Below, piece by piece: positions 56,831 through 64,000 of a stretch of DNA of 64,000 nt. A program made the translations under genes and the position numbers. How positions within the stretch are numbered: position 1 is the first letter of the stretch; every line of letters starts with the position of its first letter. Under the pieces are notes generated by a model. It ran no database searches. It had not been told where the DNA came from and saw only the letters and a program-made list of their open reading frames with translations. The DNA is from an uncultured Bacteroidales bacterium (GTDB lineage: Bacteria; Bacteroidota; Bacteroidia; Bacteroidales; F082), in NCBI GenBank assembly GCA_937926515.1, contig CALAZZ010000227.1:6464-70463 (forward strand), in the 5' to 3' direction.

Positions 56831-58057
56831 TCAGGCTACTTTTAACCGGGACAGGCCGGTTTTAGTAAACTTCTTATTGGCGTATTCAACAGTGACGACC
56901 AGCTCCTTGATACTTTTGCGGGATGGCATATCAAACATATCATCCATAAGGATGGCCTCTAAAATCGACCTTAATCCGCGAGCACCCAATTTAAATTCCA
57001 TTGATTTTTCAACAATAAATTCCAGGACACCCGGCTCAATGGTCAGTTTTATGCCATCCATTTCAAACAACTTGGTAAATTGCTTGATCAAGGCGTTTTT
57101 CGGATCTGTGAGAATCATCTTCATGGCCTCTTTGGATAGTGGCTGAAGATAAGACACCACCGGCAACCTGCCAACAATTTCAGGGATAAGGCCAAACTTT
57201 TTCAAATCAGCCGGTGCAATGTATTGCAATAGGTTATCCTTGTCAACCTCATTCTCTGCATTTTTCCCATAGCCTATCATATTGGTTCGGTACCTGGCCG
57301 CTATAATCCGTTCTATTCCATCGAATGCCCCTCCTGCCACAAACAAAATATTCCTGGTGTCAACCTGGATCATTTTCTGCTCAGGATGTTTGCGTCCGCC
57401 TTGTGGTGGGACACTTACAACAGCCCCTTCAAGTAATTTCAGTAAAGCCTGCTGAACTCCTTCACCTGACACATCGCGGGTGATACTTGGATTGTCACTT
57501 TTGCGGGCAATCTTGTCAATTTCATCAATAAACACTATTCCACGTTCAGCCGCCTTAACATCATAATCGGCAGCTTGCAGCAGCCTGGACAAAATACTCT
57601 CTACGTCTTCACCCACATAACCGGCTTCGGTAAGCACCGTGGCATCAGCTATTGCAAATGGCACATGCAACATACGTGCTATGGTACGAGCCAAAAGCGT
57701 TTTTCCCGTTCCGGTCTCACCCACCAGTATGATATTGGATTTTTCAATCTCTACATCATCCTTTTTTATTGGTTGATTGATTCGCTTATAATGATTGTAA
57801 ACTGCCACAGCCAACACCTTCTTGGCTTCATCTTGCCCGATGACGTACTGGTCAAGGAACTTTTTGATTTCAAGCGGCTTAAGTAATTTGAAATCAGGAA
57901 TTTCCTTTTGGCGGGTACTGATCTGCTCTTCTTCCAGGATTAGTTGCGCCTGAATAATACAAGCATCACAAATGTGGGCATCAATACCACTGATAAGCAG
58001 GTTGGTTTCCTTTTGGGGCCTGCCACAAAATGAGCAACTATCAGGCTTTTTTGGCAT
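56831..58057 (-). CDS. clpX: ATP-dependent Clp protease ATP-binding subunit ClpX
   Basis: 408 aa. Zinc-finger CSFCGR...CDAC, Walker [12 protein letters not shown], Walker [11 protein letters not shown]. Confidence 0.97.
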   Translation of the reverse strand: MPKKPDSCSFCGRPQKETNLLISGIDAHICDACIIQAQLILEEEQISTRQKEIPDFKLLKPLEIKKFLDQYVIGQDEAKKVLAVAVYNHYKRINQPIKKDDVEIEKSNIILVGETGTGKTLLARTIARMLHVPFAIADATVLTEAGYVGEDVESILSRLLQAADYDVKAAERGIVFIDEIDKIARKSDNPSITRDVSGEGVQQALLKLLEGAVVSVPPQGGRKHPEQKMIQVDTRNILFVAGGAFDGIERIIAARYRTNMIGYGKNAENEVDKDNLLQYIAPADLKKFGLIPEIVGRLPVVSYLQPLSKEAMKMILTDPKNALIKQFTKLFEMDGIKLTIEPGVLEFIVEKSMEFKLGARGLRSILEAILMDDMFDMPSRKSIKELVVTVEYANKKFTKTGLSRLKVA

Positions 58058-58059
58058 TA

Positions 58060-58731
58060 TCAGGCTTTGTTTTTAAGAAGTACTTCATCAATCATCCCGT
58101 ATTTTTGAGCCTCATGAGAGGTCATCCAGTAATCACGGTCAGAATCATTCCATATTTTCTTATATGTTTGACCGGAGTGAAGTGCAATAATCTCATACAG
58201 CTCCTTCTTCAGCTTTTGAATTTCTCGTGCGGTAATTTCAATATCTGAAGCTTGTCCTTGTGCTCCTCCCATTGGTTGATGGATCAGGATGCGTGAATGT
58301 TTCAATGCGGTACGTTTGCCTTTGGTTCCGGCACATAGCAATACAGCACCCATTGATGCAGCAATTCCTGTACAAATTGTTGAGATATCCGGGGCGATGT
58401 ACTGCATGGTATCATATATTCCTAATCCGGCATAGACTGAACCACCCGGTGTATTGAGGTAAATTTGTATATCACGTTTTGAATCGACTGATTCGAGAAA
58501 TAGTAATTGTGCCTGGATGATATTTGCAACATAATCATCAATAGGCACGCCAAGAAATATGATCCTGTCCATCATAAGACGTGAGAAGACATCCATGGTA
58601 GCGATGTTCAATTGCCTCTCCTCAATAATGGTTGGAGAAATATAATTCTTTGCTATTGAGGTGTACTGATCCAACACAATACTATTTAACCCCAAATGCC
58701 TGGTCGCATATTTTTTAAATTCGTTGCTCAT
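58060..58731 (-). CDS. clpP: ATP-dependent Clp protease proteolytic subunit ClpP
   Basis: 223 aa. [22 protein letters not shown] (catalytic Ser context), [10 protein letters not shown] (His context). Confidence 0.97.
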   Translation of the reverse strand: MSNEFKKYATRHLGLNSIVLDQYTSIAKNYISPTIIEERQLNIATMDVFSRLMMDRIIFLGVPIDDYVANIIQAQLLFLESVDSKRDIQIYLNTPGGSVYAGLGIYDTMQYIAPDISTICTGIAASMGAVLLCAGTKGKRTALKHSRILIHQPMGGAQGQASDIEITAREIQKLKKELYEIIALHSGQTYKKIWNDSDRDYWMTSHEAQKYGMIDEVLLKNKA

Positions 58732-58732
58732 A

Positions 58733-60097
58733 TTACGCCTTGTTTTCGGTTACTAAATTAACAAACTCCTCATAACCCATTACTTTTTCTTTCGGTTTGA
58801 GCCTATCTATTATGAAGGCAGTCAACTTTTGATCAGCAATTTGCTCCTTTATTTTATTCTCCTCTTCTTTGTTTTGCAATATAGAATCAACAATTCCTTC
58901 CATACGTTTATCCATCTCTTCATCAACTGATTCGGTATTTTGCATTCTACCAAAGAAATAGGATTTTACAAAATTACGTATTTCGGAGGGTTGAACAGCA
59001 AGTTCTTTATTTTCTTCCTCCAGTTTACTCAGAATGAGCTGCCAACGAAAGGTTTTTGCATAATTATCATAATCCTTATCCAGGTCCTCGGCTGTGATTT
59101 TACCTTCGTTACTATCAATTACCCATTTTTTCATAAACTCATCAGGTAAGTCAAACTGGTGGTCATCGATAATTGAATCGACTGCTTTATTGAAGAAATA
59201 GCGGTCAGTATCTCTTTCGTACTGTTTTTCAATATCTTTTGCTATACGAGCTCGGAATTGCTTCAAATCATTGATCTCGTCATGGGGATACATTTCTGTA
59301 AAAAAGTCTTCATTAAGTTCAGCTTTTTCTAAGCGCAGCACTTCATCAATAATGACGTTAAATGACTTGACTAACAGTTCACTACGCTCATCATCCAGCT
59401 TCAGTATCTGCTTTAACTTATTTTCATCAGAAATAGCTTCAGAAAATTTGAAAATAAATTCTTCACCTGCCTGCTTGCCAATAAGATTATTCTGCGCTGC
59501 TTCATCCAGTTCAGCTATGGCCAGTTCAATGGTCTCCTGGTATCCGTCGTCAACTTCATTGCCATCATCGCCAACTTCAAATATTTTGAGCTTCAGCCGA
59601 TCGTCCTTGGCGGCCTCGTCCACCTGGACTTCTTTACCTGATTGATTCAACATATTGTTTATGGTCTCATCAATAGCTTCCTCAGAAGCAGTGACCCGGA
59701 TGTATTCAGGAACTTTCACCGAATCAAGGTCTAATGTGAATTCAGGTGCCAGGCCAATATCGAAATAAAAATTAAGCTCTGATTGTTCATCAAAGTCAAG
59801 CGTACCCGTTTTGTCCATATTGGCTATGGGATGGCCCAGTATAGCAAGTTTATTATCAATGATATAATTGTTAAGCGCTTCGGAGATCAAGGTATTTACC
59901 TTGTCTGCAATAAGTGATTTCCCGTACATTTTCTTTACCATTCCGAGTGGCACTTTGCCGGGACGGAAACCGGGCATATTCACTTTCCGTTGATAATCTT
60001 TCAATGCTTTGTTAACTTCCTCCTGATAATCAGTGGGTTCAATTGTGATCTGAATAGATGCAGTTAGTTCGCTGGTTTGTTCCTTTGATATATTCAT
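58733..60097 (-). CDS. tig: Trigger factor
   Basis: 454 aa. The N-terminal ribosome-binding motif context GFRPGKVPLGMVKKMYGKSL, and the position upstream of clpP-clpX. Confidence 0.92.
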   Translation of the reverse strand: MNISKEQTSELTASIQITIEPTDYQEEVNKALKDYQRKVNMPGFRPGKVPLGMVKKMYGKSLIADKVNTLISEALNNYIIDNKLAILGHPIANMDKTGTLDFDEQSELNFYFDIGLAPEFTLDLDSVKVPEYIRVTASEEAIDETINNMLNQSGKEVQVDEAAKDDRLKLKIFEVGDDGNEVDDGYQETIELAIAELDEAAQNNLIGKQAGEEFIFKFSEAISDENKLKQILKLDDERSELLVKSFNVIIDEVLRLEKAELNEDFFTEMYPHDEINDLKQFRARIAKDIEKQYERDTDRYFFNKAVDSIIDDHQFDLPDEFMKKWVIDSNEGKITAEDLDKDYDNYAKTFRWQLILSKLEEENKELAVQPSEIRNFVKSYFFGRMQNTESVDEEMDKRMEGIVDSILQNKEEENKIKEQIADQKLTAFIIDRLKPKEKVMGYEEFVNLVTENKA

Positions 60098-60150
60098 ATG
60101 TTATTAAATTTAACGCTCTGGCCTTCTATGCCGCTAAAGGCAGGCCTATT

Positions 60151-60182
60151 AAAAAAAATCAAGCCGGAAAAAAGGTCCGGCT
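60151..60182 (-). terminator. Rho-independent terminator downstream of tRNA-Leu
   Basis: On the minus strand, AGCCGGA-CCTTTTT-TCCGGCT is followed by TGA and then T8. Confidence 0.7.
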
Positions 60183-60195
60183 GACTTAAAATCTG

Positions 60196-60277
60196 TGCGG
60201 ATGAAGGGACTCGAACCCCCACGCCTTTCGGCACCAGATCCTAAGTCTGGCGCGGCTACCAATTACGCCACATCCGC
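60196..60277 (-). tRNA. tRNA-Leu (anticodon TAG), long variable arm
   Basis: The reverse complement reads GCGGATGTGGCGTAATTGGTAGCCGCGCCAGACTTAGGATCTGGTGCCGAAAGGCGTGGGGGTTCGAGTCCCTTCATCCGCA. Acceptor GCGGATG/CATCCGC, anticodon stem CCAGA/TCTGG with loop CTTAGGA, extra arm, T-arm GGGGG-TTCGAGT-CCCTT. Confidence 0.9.
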
Positions 60278-60306
60278 ATGTTGGTTTCTGTTTTAAAACG
60301 AGGGTG

Positions 60307-60314
60307 CAAATATA
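60307..60314 (-). promoter_or_regulatory. Candidate -7 promoter element (TATATTTG on the minus strand) for tRNA-Leu
   Basis: The plus strand reads caaatata, which is TAnnTTTG on the minus strand, about 30 nt upstream of the mature tRNA 5' end. Confidence 0.4.
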
Positions 60315-60675
60315 CAAAAATATTCATGGCATCTTTGCTTAAAATAAGTTCATAAATAATGCAGTATATTCCAAGGCAAAACCTTGTAATTTAGACGAAT
60401 GCCATTTTCAGCATGGTAATCAAAATATTCATTGAACACTTCAAAATTGCCTCAGCAATGAAATAAATCCATCAGGATCCTGTTCTTTTATTTCCGGCTC
60501 AAGATGAAGAATATGTAATTTCGCACCGGCATCAGGAATAAGCAATGATTGGTCAGAAAATGATAACGTCATATTCATCATAGCAGTCCAGGACTTAGCA
60601 TCAACGATTTATATTACTTTAAGTCAACATAATAAATCTAAATAACAGGTTTAGAATTAGGAATAACAGGGCTAC

Positions 60676-61824
60676 ATGTCTTCAACTAAACAACTCATTC
60701 GTACATTTATTTGTTCATTATTTCTAGGCCTATCAGGCATCATACCTGTTTCACCAGCTTTTAGTCAACCTGTAGATCCTACATCCAGCCTCAACATACA
60801 GGTCGAAGGCAGGGTACATTACGGTTTCTTTGGTATGCACTTGTTTGAAATGCAGGAGTTCAACAGTCATTTTCCCGGATTTGAATTTATTATTCAGCAT
60901 AACACTTTCGGAAAAAGCAAATGGGAAGCTATACATAATTATCCGATTATCGGCCTTTCTGCTTTCTACTCACCCTTAGGACATGTTGAGGAAATCGGTG
61001 TAAGCTACGCAGCATTGCCATTCATTAGTTTTCCACTGAACAAGAACCCACATCGCAGCATAAACTTCCGGGTAGGTATTGGGCTGGCCTATCTAACCAA
61101 CAAGTTCGACCGACTGGAGAATTATAAAAACATCGCGATCAATTCAAACTGGAATGCTGCTGTGAATTTTACTTTTGATTACAGACATCAATTGAATGAA
61201 TTTCTATACCTGACAAGCTCGGTAGGCCTGATGCATTTTTCCAGCGGGACTACGCCAAAGCGTACTTTTGGCCTTAACCTGCCAACAGCAAGTGTAGGCA
61301 TCGCAAGTTTTCTCGGTCATCCGAAACCGATTAAACATTACAAGCTATATCCTGAACTATTTAAGTTCAAATACGATGGGAAGCGCTGGTTTATCATCGA
61401 ATCGGTTGTTTTTGGTGGCAGATATAGCAAGAATCAAACCGGCGGAAATGCCAATTTTTCTGTGCAAGCCTCTGTTACAGCCTTAAAACCAGTCTCTTCG
61501 AAAAGCAATATTGGTCTTGGTCTGGATGCCCACTTTGTACAGAAGTACAAAACCTCCGCAGAAAACATAGATAATATATACCAGATAAAACCTGGAATTA
61601 CTGCCGCTTACGAAATGATCATGTCGAAAACTTCATTGGTTTTTCACATTGGCTCATACCTGACAGGATTCAATGCAACCAATGGACCATTTTATTCAAA
61701 GCTTGCGCTGAAGCGTTTCATTCAAGATGACTTATTTGTTTCGCTTGGCACCTCCATGTATGGCGGACGAATCGATTTTGTCGGTATAGGCATCGGCTAC
61801 AGCTATTATCATAAATATTACTAG
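60676..61824 (+). CDS. Putative outer-membrane acyloxyacyl hydrolase (PagL-like lipid A deacylase family)
   Basis: 382 aa. Signal peptide (CSLFLGLSGIIPVSPAFSQ), beta-barrel-like alternating pattern, and a GLMHFSSGTT segment resembling the HxSN(G/A) catalytic motif of PagL-type proteins, with Ser in place of Asn. Family assignment is tentative. Confidence 0.5.
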   Translation: MSSTKQLIRTFICSLFLGLSGIIPVSPAFSQPVDPTSSLNIQVEGRVHYGFFGMHLFEMQEFNSHFPGFEFIIQHNTFGKSKWEAIHNYPIIGLSAFYSPLGHVEEIGVSYAALPFISFPLNKNPHRSINFRVGIGLAYLTNKFDRLENYKNIAINSNWNAAVNFTFDYRHQLNEFLYLTSSVGLMHFSSGTTPKRTFGLNLPTASVGIASFLGHPKPIKHYKLYPELFKFKYDGKRWFIIESVVFGGRYSKNQTGGNANFSVQASVTALKPVSSKSNIGLGLDAHFVQKYKTSAENIDNIYQIKPGITAAYEMIMSKTSLVFHIGSYLTGFNATNGPFYSKLALKRFIQDDLFVSLGTSMYGGRIDFVGIGIGYSYYHKYY

Positions 61825-61877
61825 CTCGATACATATCAAAATGCAAGTTTTGGTGGCTTATGGTGCTTTATTATAAT

Positions 61878-63095
61878 TCAAGCCAGCTTGACATCCTGGG
61901 CATCACGCATGGCATTCCCAACCAACATAAACGCAAGCACCATTAGCATTATGGCGATTCCTGGCAAGATGGCAAGATATGGTAAATCAAGGATGATAAA
62001 TGCGTAGTTTTCCTTGATCATGCTACCCCACGAGGGCGTGGGAGGTTGCACGCCAAGACCCAGGAAACTAAGGCCGGCCTCAATAAGTATGGCCGAAGCA
62101 AAATTAGCAGCAGAAATCACAATAACAGGGCTGATGATATTAGGTAATATATGCCTGATGATAATCCTCAAGTGACTAAATCCTAAGGCCTTTCCAGCCT
62201 CAATAAATTCTTTCTCGCGGATGCTAATAATCTGTCCGCGCACAACCCTGGCCACCTCCACCCACATGGTTAGCCCCACTGCTACAAACACTTGCCAAAA
62301 TCCTTTTCCGAGCGCGAAGGTTATGGCAATAACCAAGAGCAAGGTAGGGATAGACCAAACAACATTAATCAACCACATCACAAAATCATCAATTCGTCCA
62401 CGAAAATATCCCCCCAAACTACCAATAAACAAACCGATCACCAGTGAAATAATTACCGATATAAAACCAACTGCCAGGCTTATGCGGGTGCCAATTAAAA
62501 GACGACTCAGTAAATCCCTACCAAATTGATCAGTTCCAAGCCAGAAAGTGTGTAGCCTGATGTTCTTTTGGGTAACTATTCTCTGTGCTTCTGCAACATC
62601 TATTTGAATGATACTGCCGTCAATATGTCTTGCAATAACCTCTTCATTACTGCTCTCAAGTATTTCATCTACAGGATATATCACATCTACAAGATGAAAC
62701 GTCATATCTAAAGGTATCATTGATGGTTCAGGGTCAAAAAGTGTGATTGTCAAACTATCACCAGAAAAAAGATAATTCGCCAATACATAATAAGTATAAG
62801 GCTCACGTTTACCAAACATCATCGTATTAAACCAAGCCTGAGGTTCTGCATATTCGTTATTTCTGACCTTAAGCACTTCGACCTTAAATCCTGGCTTTTG
62901 TGTGGTGATTTCCAGAATCTGCCTATTGGCAGATGTGCTTTTATCGGGTGTGATTAGATACCCCAGAATAGCAATGACAATGCTCAAAATGATAAAAAGG
63001 AAGGCGGCCATACCTGTTCTGTTCCTGTAAAACCTGTTCCATATAATTCGTTCCGGAGAATAGGCTTTAGTGGACATACGTTTTCTGAAAAACAT
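61878..63095 (-). CDS. ABC transporter permease (OppC/DppC-type binding-protein-dependent transport family)
   Basis: 405 aa. N-terminal anchor helix plus a large loop, then a multi-helix core with the EAA-like loop FIEAGKALGFSHLRIIIRHILPN. No cognate ATPase or binding-protein gene is adjacent. Confidence 0.85.
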   Translation of the reverse strand: MFFRKRMSTKAYSPERIIWNRFYRNRTGMAAFLFIILSIVIAILGYLITPDKSTSANRQILEITTQKPGFKVEVLKVRNNEYAEPQAWFNTMMFGKREPYTYYVLANYLFSGDSLTITLFDPEPSMIPLDMTFHLVDVIYPVDEILESSNEEVIARHIDGSIIQIDVAEAQRIVTQKNIRLHTFWLGTDQFGRDLLSRLLIGTRISLAVGFISVIISLVIGLFIGSLGGYFRGRIDDFVMWLINVVWSIPTLLLVIAITFALGKGFWQVFVAVGLTMWVEVARVVRGQIISIREKEFIEAGKALGFSHLRIIIRHILPNIISPVIVISAANFASAILIEAGLSFLGLGVQPPTPSWGSMIKENYAFIILDLPYLAILPGIAIMLMVLAFMLVGNAMRDAQDVKLA

Positions 63096-63342
63096 GAATA
63101 GGTGATCCGTTAATGCTTACAAATGTACATGATTTTTTACCTGTTGCAACACTTATGTAAATGCATTGGTTCATGAGGAAAGCCATATGGATCATTCATT
63201 CCATTAAATCCGCGAGCGTCTCAGTCATAATTCTAAGTCCATGCTTTACTCCATTAATAACCCATATTTCATCCATGCTGTTTTACTCCTGAATACTGCA
63301 TTTTTTTTCGATGTTATTAGTTATACGAAATGAAAAAATCCG

Positions 63343-63350
63343 TAAATTTG
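63343..63350 (+). promoter_or_regulatory. Candidate -7 promoter element (TAAATTTG) for tRNA-His
   Basis: TAnnTTTG match ending 14 nt upstream of the tRNA 5' end. Confidence 0.45.
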
Positions 63351-63364
63351 CGGCTCTAAAAAAT

Positions 63365-63442
63365 GGTGGTTGTAGCTCAGCTGGTTAGAGCGCTAGTTTG
63401 TGGCACTAGAGGCCGCGGGTTCGAATCCCGTCTTCCACCCCA
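63365..63442 (+). tRNA. tRNA-His (anticodon GTG) with G-1 and encoded CCA; acceptor stem carries two T:T mismatches
   Basis: G(-1) GTGGTTG TA GCTC AGCTGGTTA GAGC G CTAGT TTGTGGC ACTAG AGGCC GCGGG TTCGAAT CCCGT CTTCCAC C CCA. All arms fold canonically except positions 5:68 and 6:67 (T:T). Confidence 0.8.
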
Positions 63443-63443
63443 G

Positions 63444-63478
63444 ACTGATATCCAATCGACCGGGTATCAGTTTTTTTA
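63444..63478 (+). terminator. Rho-independent terminator after tRNA-His
   Basis: The 10-bp stem actgatatcc / gggtatcagt (one G:U) with loop aatcgacc is followed by a T7 run. Confidence 0.8.
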
Positions 63479-63514
63479 TGGTTCGCTATTCTAATACCTT
63501 GTCCAGAATAAGCC

Positions 63515-64000
63515 ATGGCAGCATTTATACCCAATGAAAGACGCACATTCAAACTACATACTGCATACGCAGCTATTGAAGGTGTTATTTTGGGTATTCT
63601 TGCACTGAATGAGTTTGTTTTCCTTAAGAGTTTGCAGGGCAGTAATTATCAGATGAGCTTGCTGTTTCAATTCAGCATGGCTGTGTTTGTAGCCCTTTTT
63701 TTTATGCACGAATGGCTCAAGAGAGTTCAAAACCGCAAAAGGCTTCTTCGGTTAACTGCCATTGCTACTCGCTTACCATTGGTGCTTTTGATTTTCTTTC
63801 CGAAATTCCTTGAATCATACCAGGCCAACAGCATATATCATTATTTATTTCTTCTCATTTTCCTGGTATATTATCTTGGCGCTTTGGTCATTAATCCTAC
63901 TATTAACTATTTCCTGAAAATTAATTACCAGCATAAGAATTTTGGAAAATATTACAGTTATTCAACCACACTAAACAAGGTCATTATGATGGTTGTAACT
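63515..64000 (+). CDS. Polytopic membrane protein, probably an MFS-type transporter (3' end outside window)
   Basis: ATG at 63515. I translated 162 codons by hand with no stop up to the window edge (MAAFIPNERRTFKLHTAYAAIEGVILGILALNEFVFLKSLQGSNYQMSLLFQFSMAVFVALFFMHEWLKRVQNRKRLLRLTAIATRLPLVLLIFF...). Several hydrophobic helices are separated by short basic loops. It is absent from the ORF track because it has no stop in the window. Confidence 0.6.
   Translation, partial: MAAFIPNERRTFKLHTAYAAIEGVILGILALNEFVFLKSLQGSNYQMSLLFQFSMAVFVALFFMHEWLKRVQNRKRLLRLTAIATRLPLVLLIFFPKFLESYQANSIYHYLFLLIFLVYYLGALVINPTINYFLKINYQHKNFGKYYSYSTTLNKVIMMVVT

Noticed and set aside
60345-60581. Minus-strand small ORFs in the 400-bp gap between tRNA-Leu and the PagL-like gene. 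A 46-codon ORF (MMNMTLSFSDQSLLIPDAGAKLHILHLEPEIKEQDPDGFISLLRQF-stop) is followed in another frame by GNFEVFNEYFDYHAENGIRLNYKVLPWNILHYL-stop. This suggests a frameshifted gene remnant, since ENGIRLNY resembles alpha/beta-hydrolase N-termini.
   Set aside because: The pieces are too short and the similarity is anecdotal. There are no start or terminator signals, and the AT-rich sequence could yield such ORFs by chance. It is worth a BLASTX, but I cannot support calling a pseudogene.
1-64000. Searched by eye for CRISPR arrays, IS elements/transposases, integrases, phage genes, toxin-antitoxin pairs and canonical defence systems.
   Set aside because: I found no regularly spaced short direct repeats. 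I found no DDE, serine or tyrosine recombinase-like translations. I found no restriction-modification, Cas, retron reverse transcriptase or similar signatures in any listed ORF. The only helicase-nuclease looks like a housekeeping AddA-type enzyme.

Overview
This window is a chromosomal segment from a Bacteroidota-type genome. Supporting evidence: (1) the gene order tuf / tRNA-Trp / secE / nusG / rplKAJL / rpoBC / DUF3467; (2) several proteins ending in T9SS C-terminal sorting domains; (3) TAnnTTTG -7 promoter motifs; (4) a DUF4294-clpX-clpP-tig neighbourhood. I saw no rRNA, CRISPR array, transposase, integrase or phage genes.

Layout by coordinate:
- 1-12.3 kb: the conserved translation/transcription core.
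- 12.4-24.5 kb, minus strand: a tricorn-like S41 protease, then a tightly packed string of tamB, a small T9SS cargo protein and an AddA-like helicase-nuclease.
- 24.6-26.7 kb: tsaD, a duplicated relic of the tsaD 3' end, and two hypothetical genes.
- 26.9-31.6 kb: a tyrosine/homogentisate catabolic operon (hmgA-hppD-fahA plus a flavin-reductase-like gene).
- 31.8-50.1 kb: the clearly accessory part. Four tandem co-oriented giant secreted proteases (three C25 gingipain-like, one S8 subtilisin-like), each with a T9SS sorting domain and shuffled beta-sandwich / CUB-like / Cys-repeat modules.
- 50.1-64 kb: a long-form aromatic amino acid hydroxylase, pcm, an oxidoreductase, a lipoprotein, a sugar transferase, DUF4294-clpX-clpP-tig, tRNA-Leu, a PagL-like protein, an ABC permease, tRNA-His and a partial MFS transporter.

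The best candidate for something not yet described is the modular protease island. The same roughly 600-660-aa C-terminal tail is mounted on both cysteine- and serine-protease heads. Secondary curiosities:
- the tsaD 3'-end duplication with operator-like palindromes
- a homogentisate pathway with no recognisable maleylacetoacetate isomerase
- a tRNA-His with two T:T mismatches in its acceptor stem

All family assignments come from reading the translations by eye. No database or HMM search was run.
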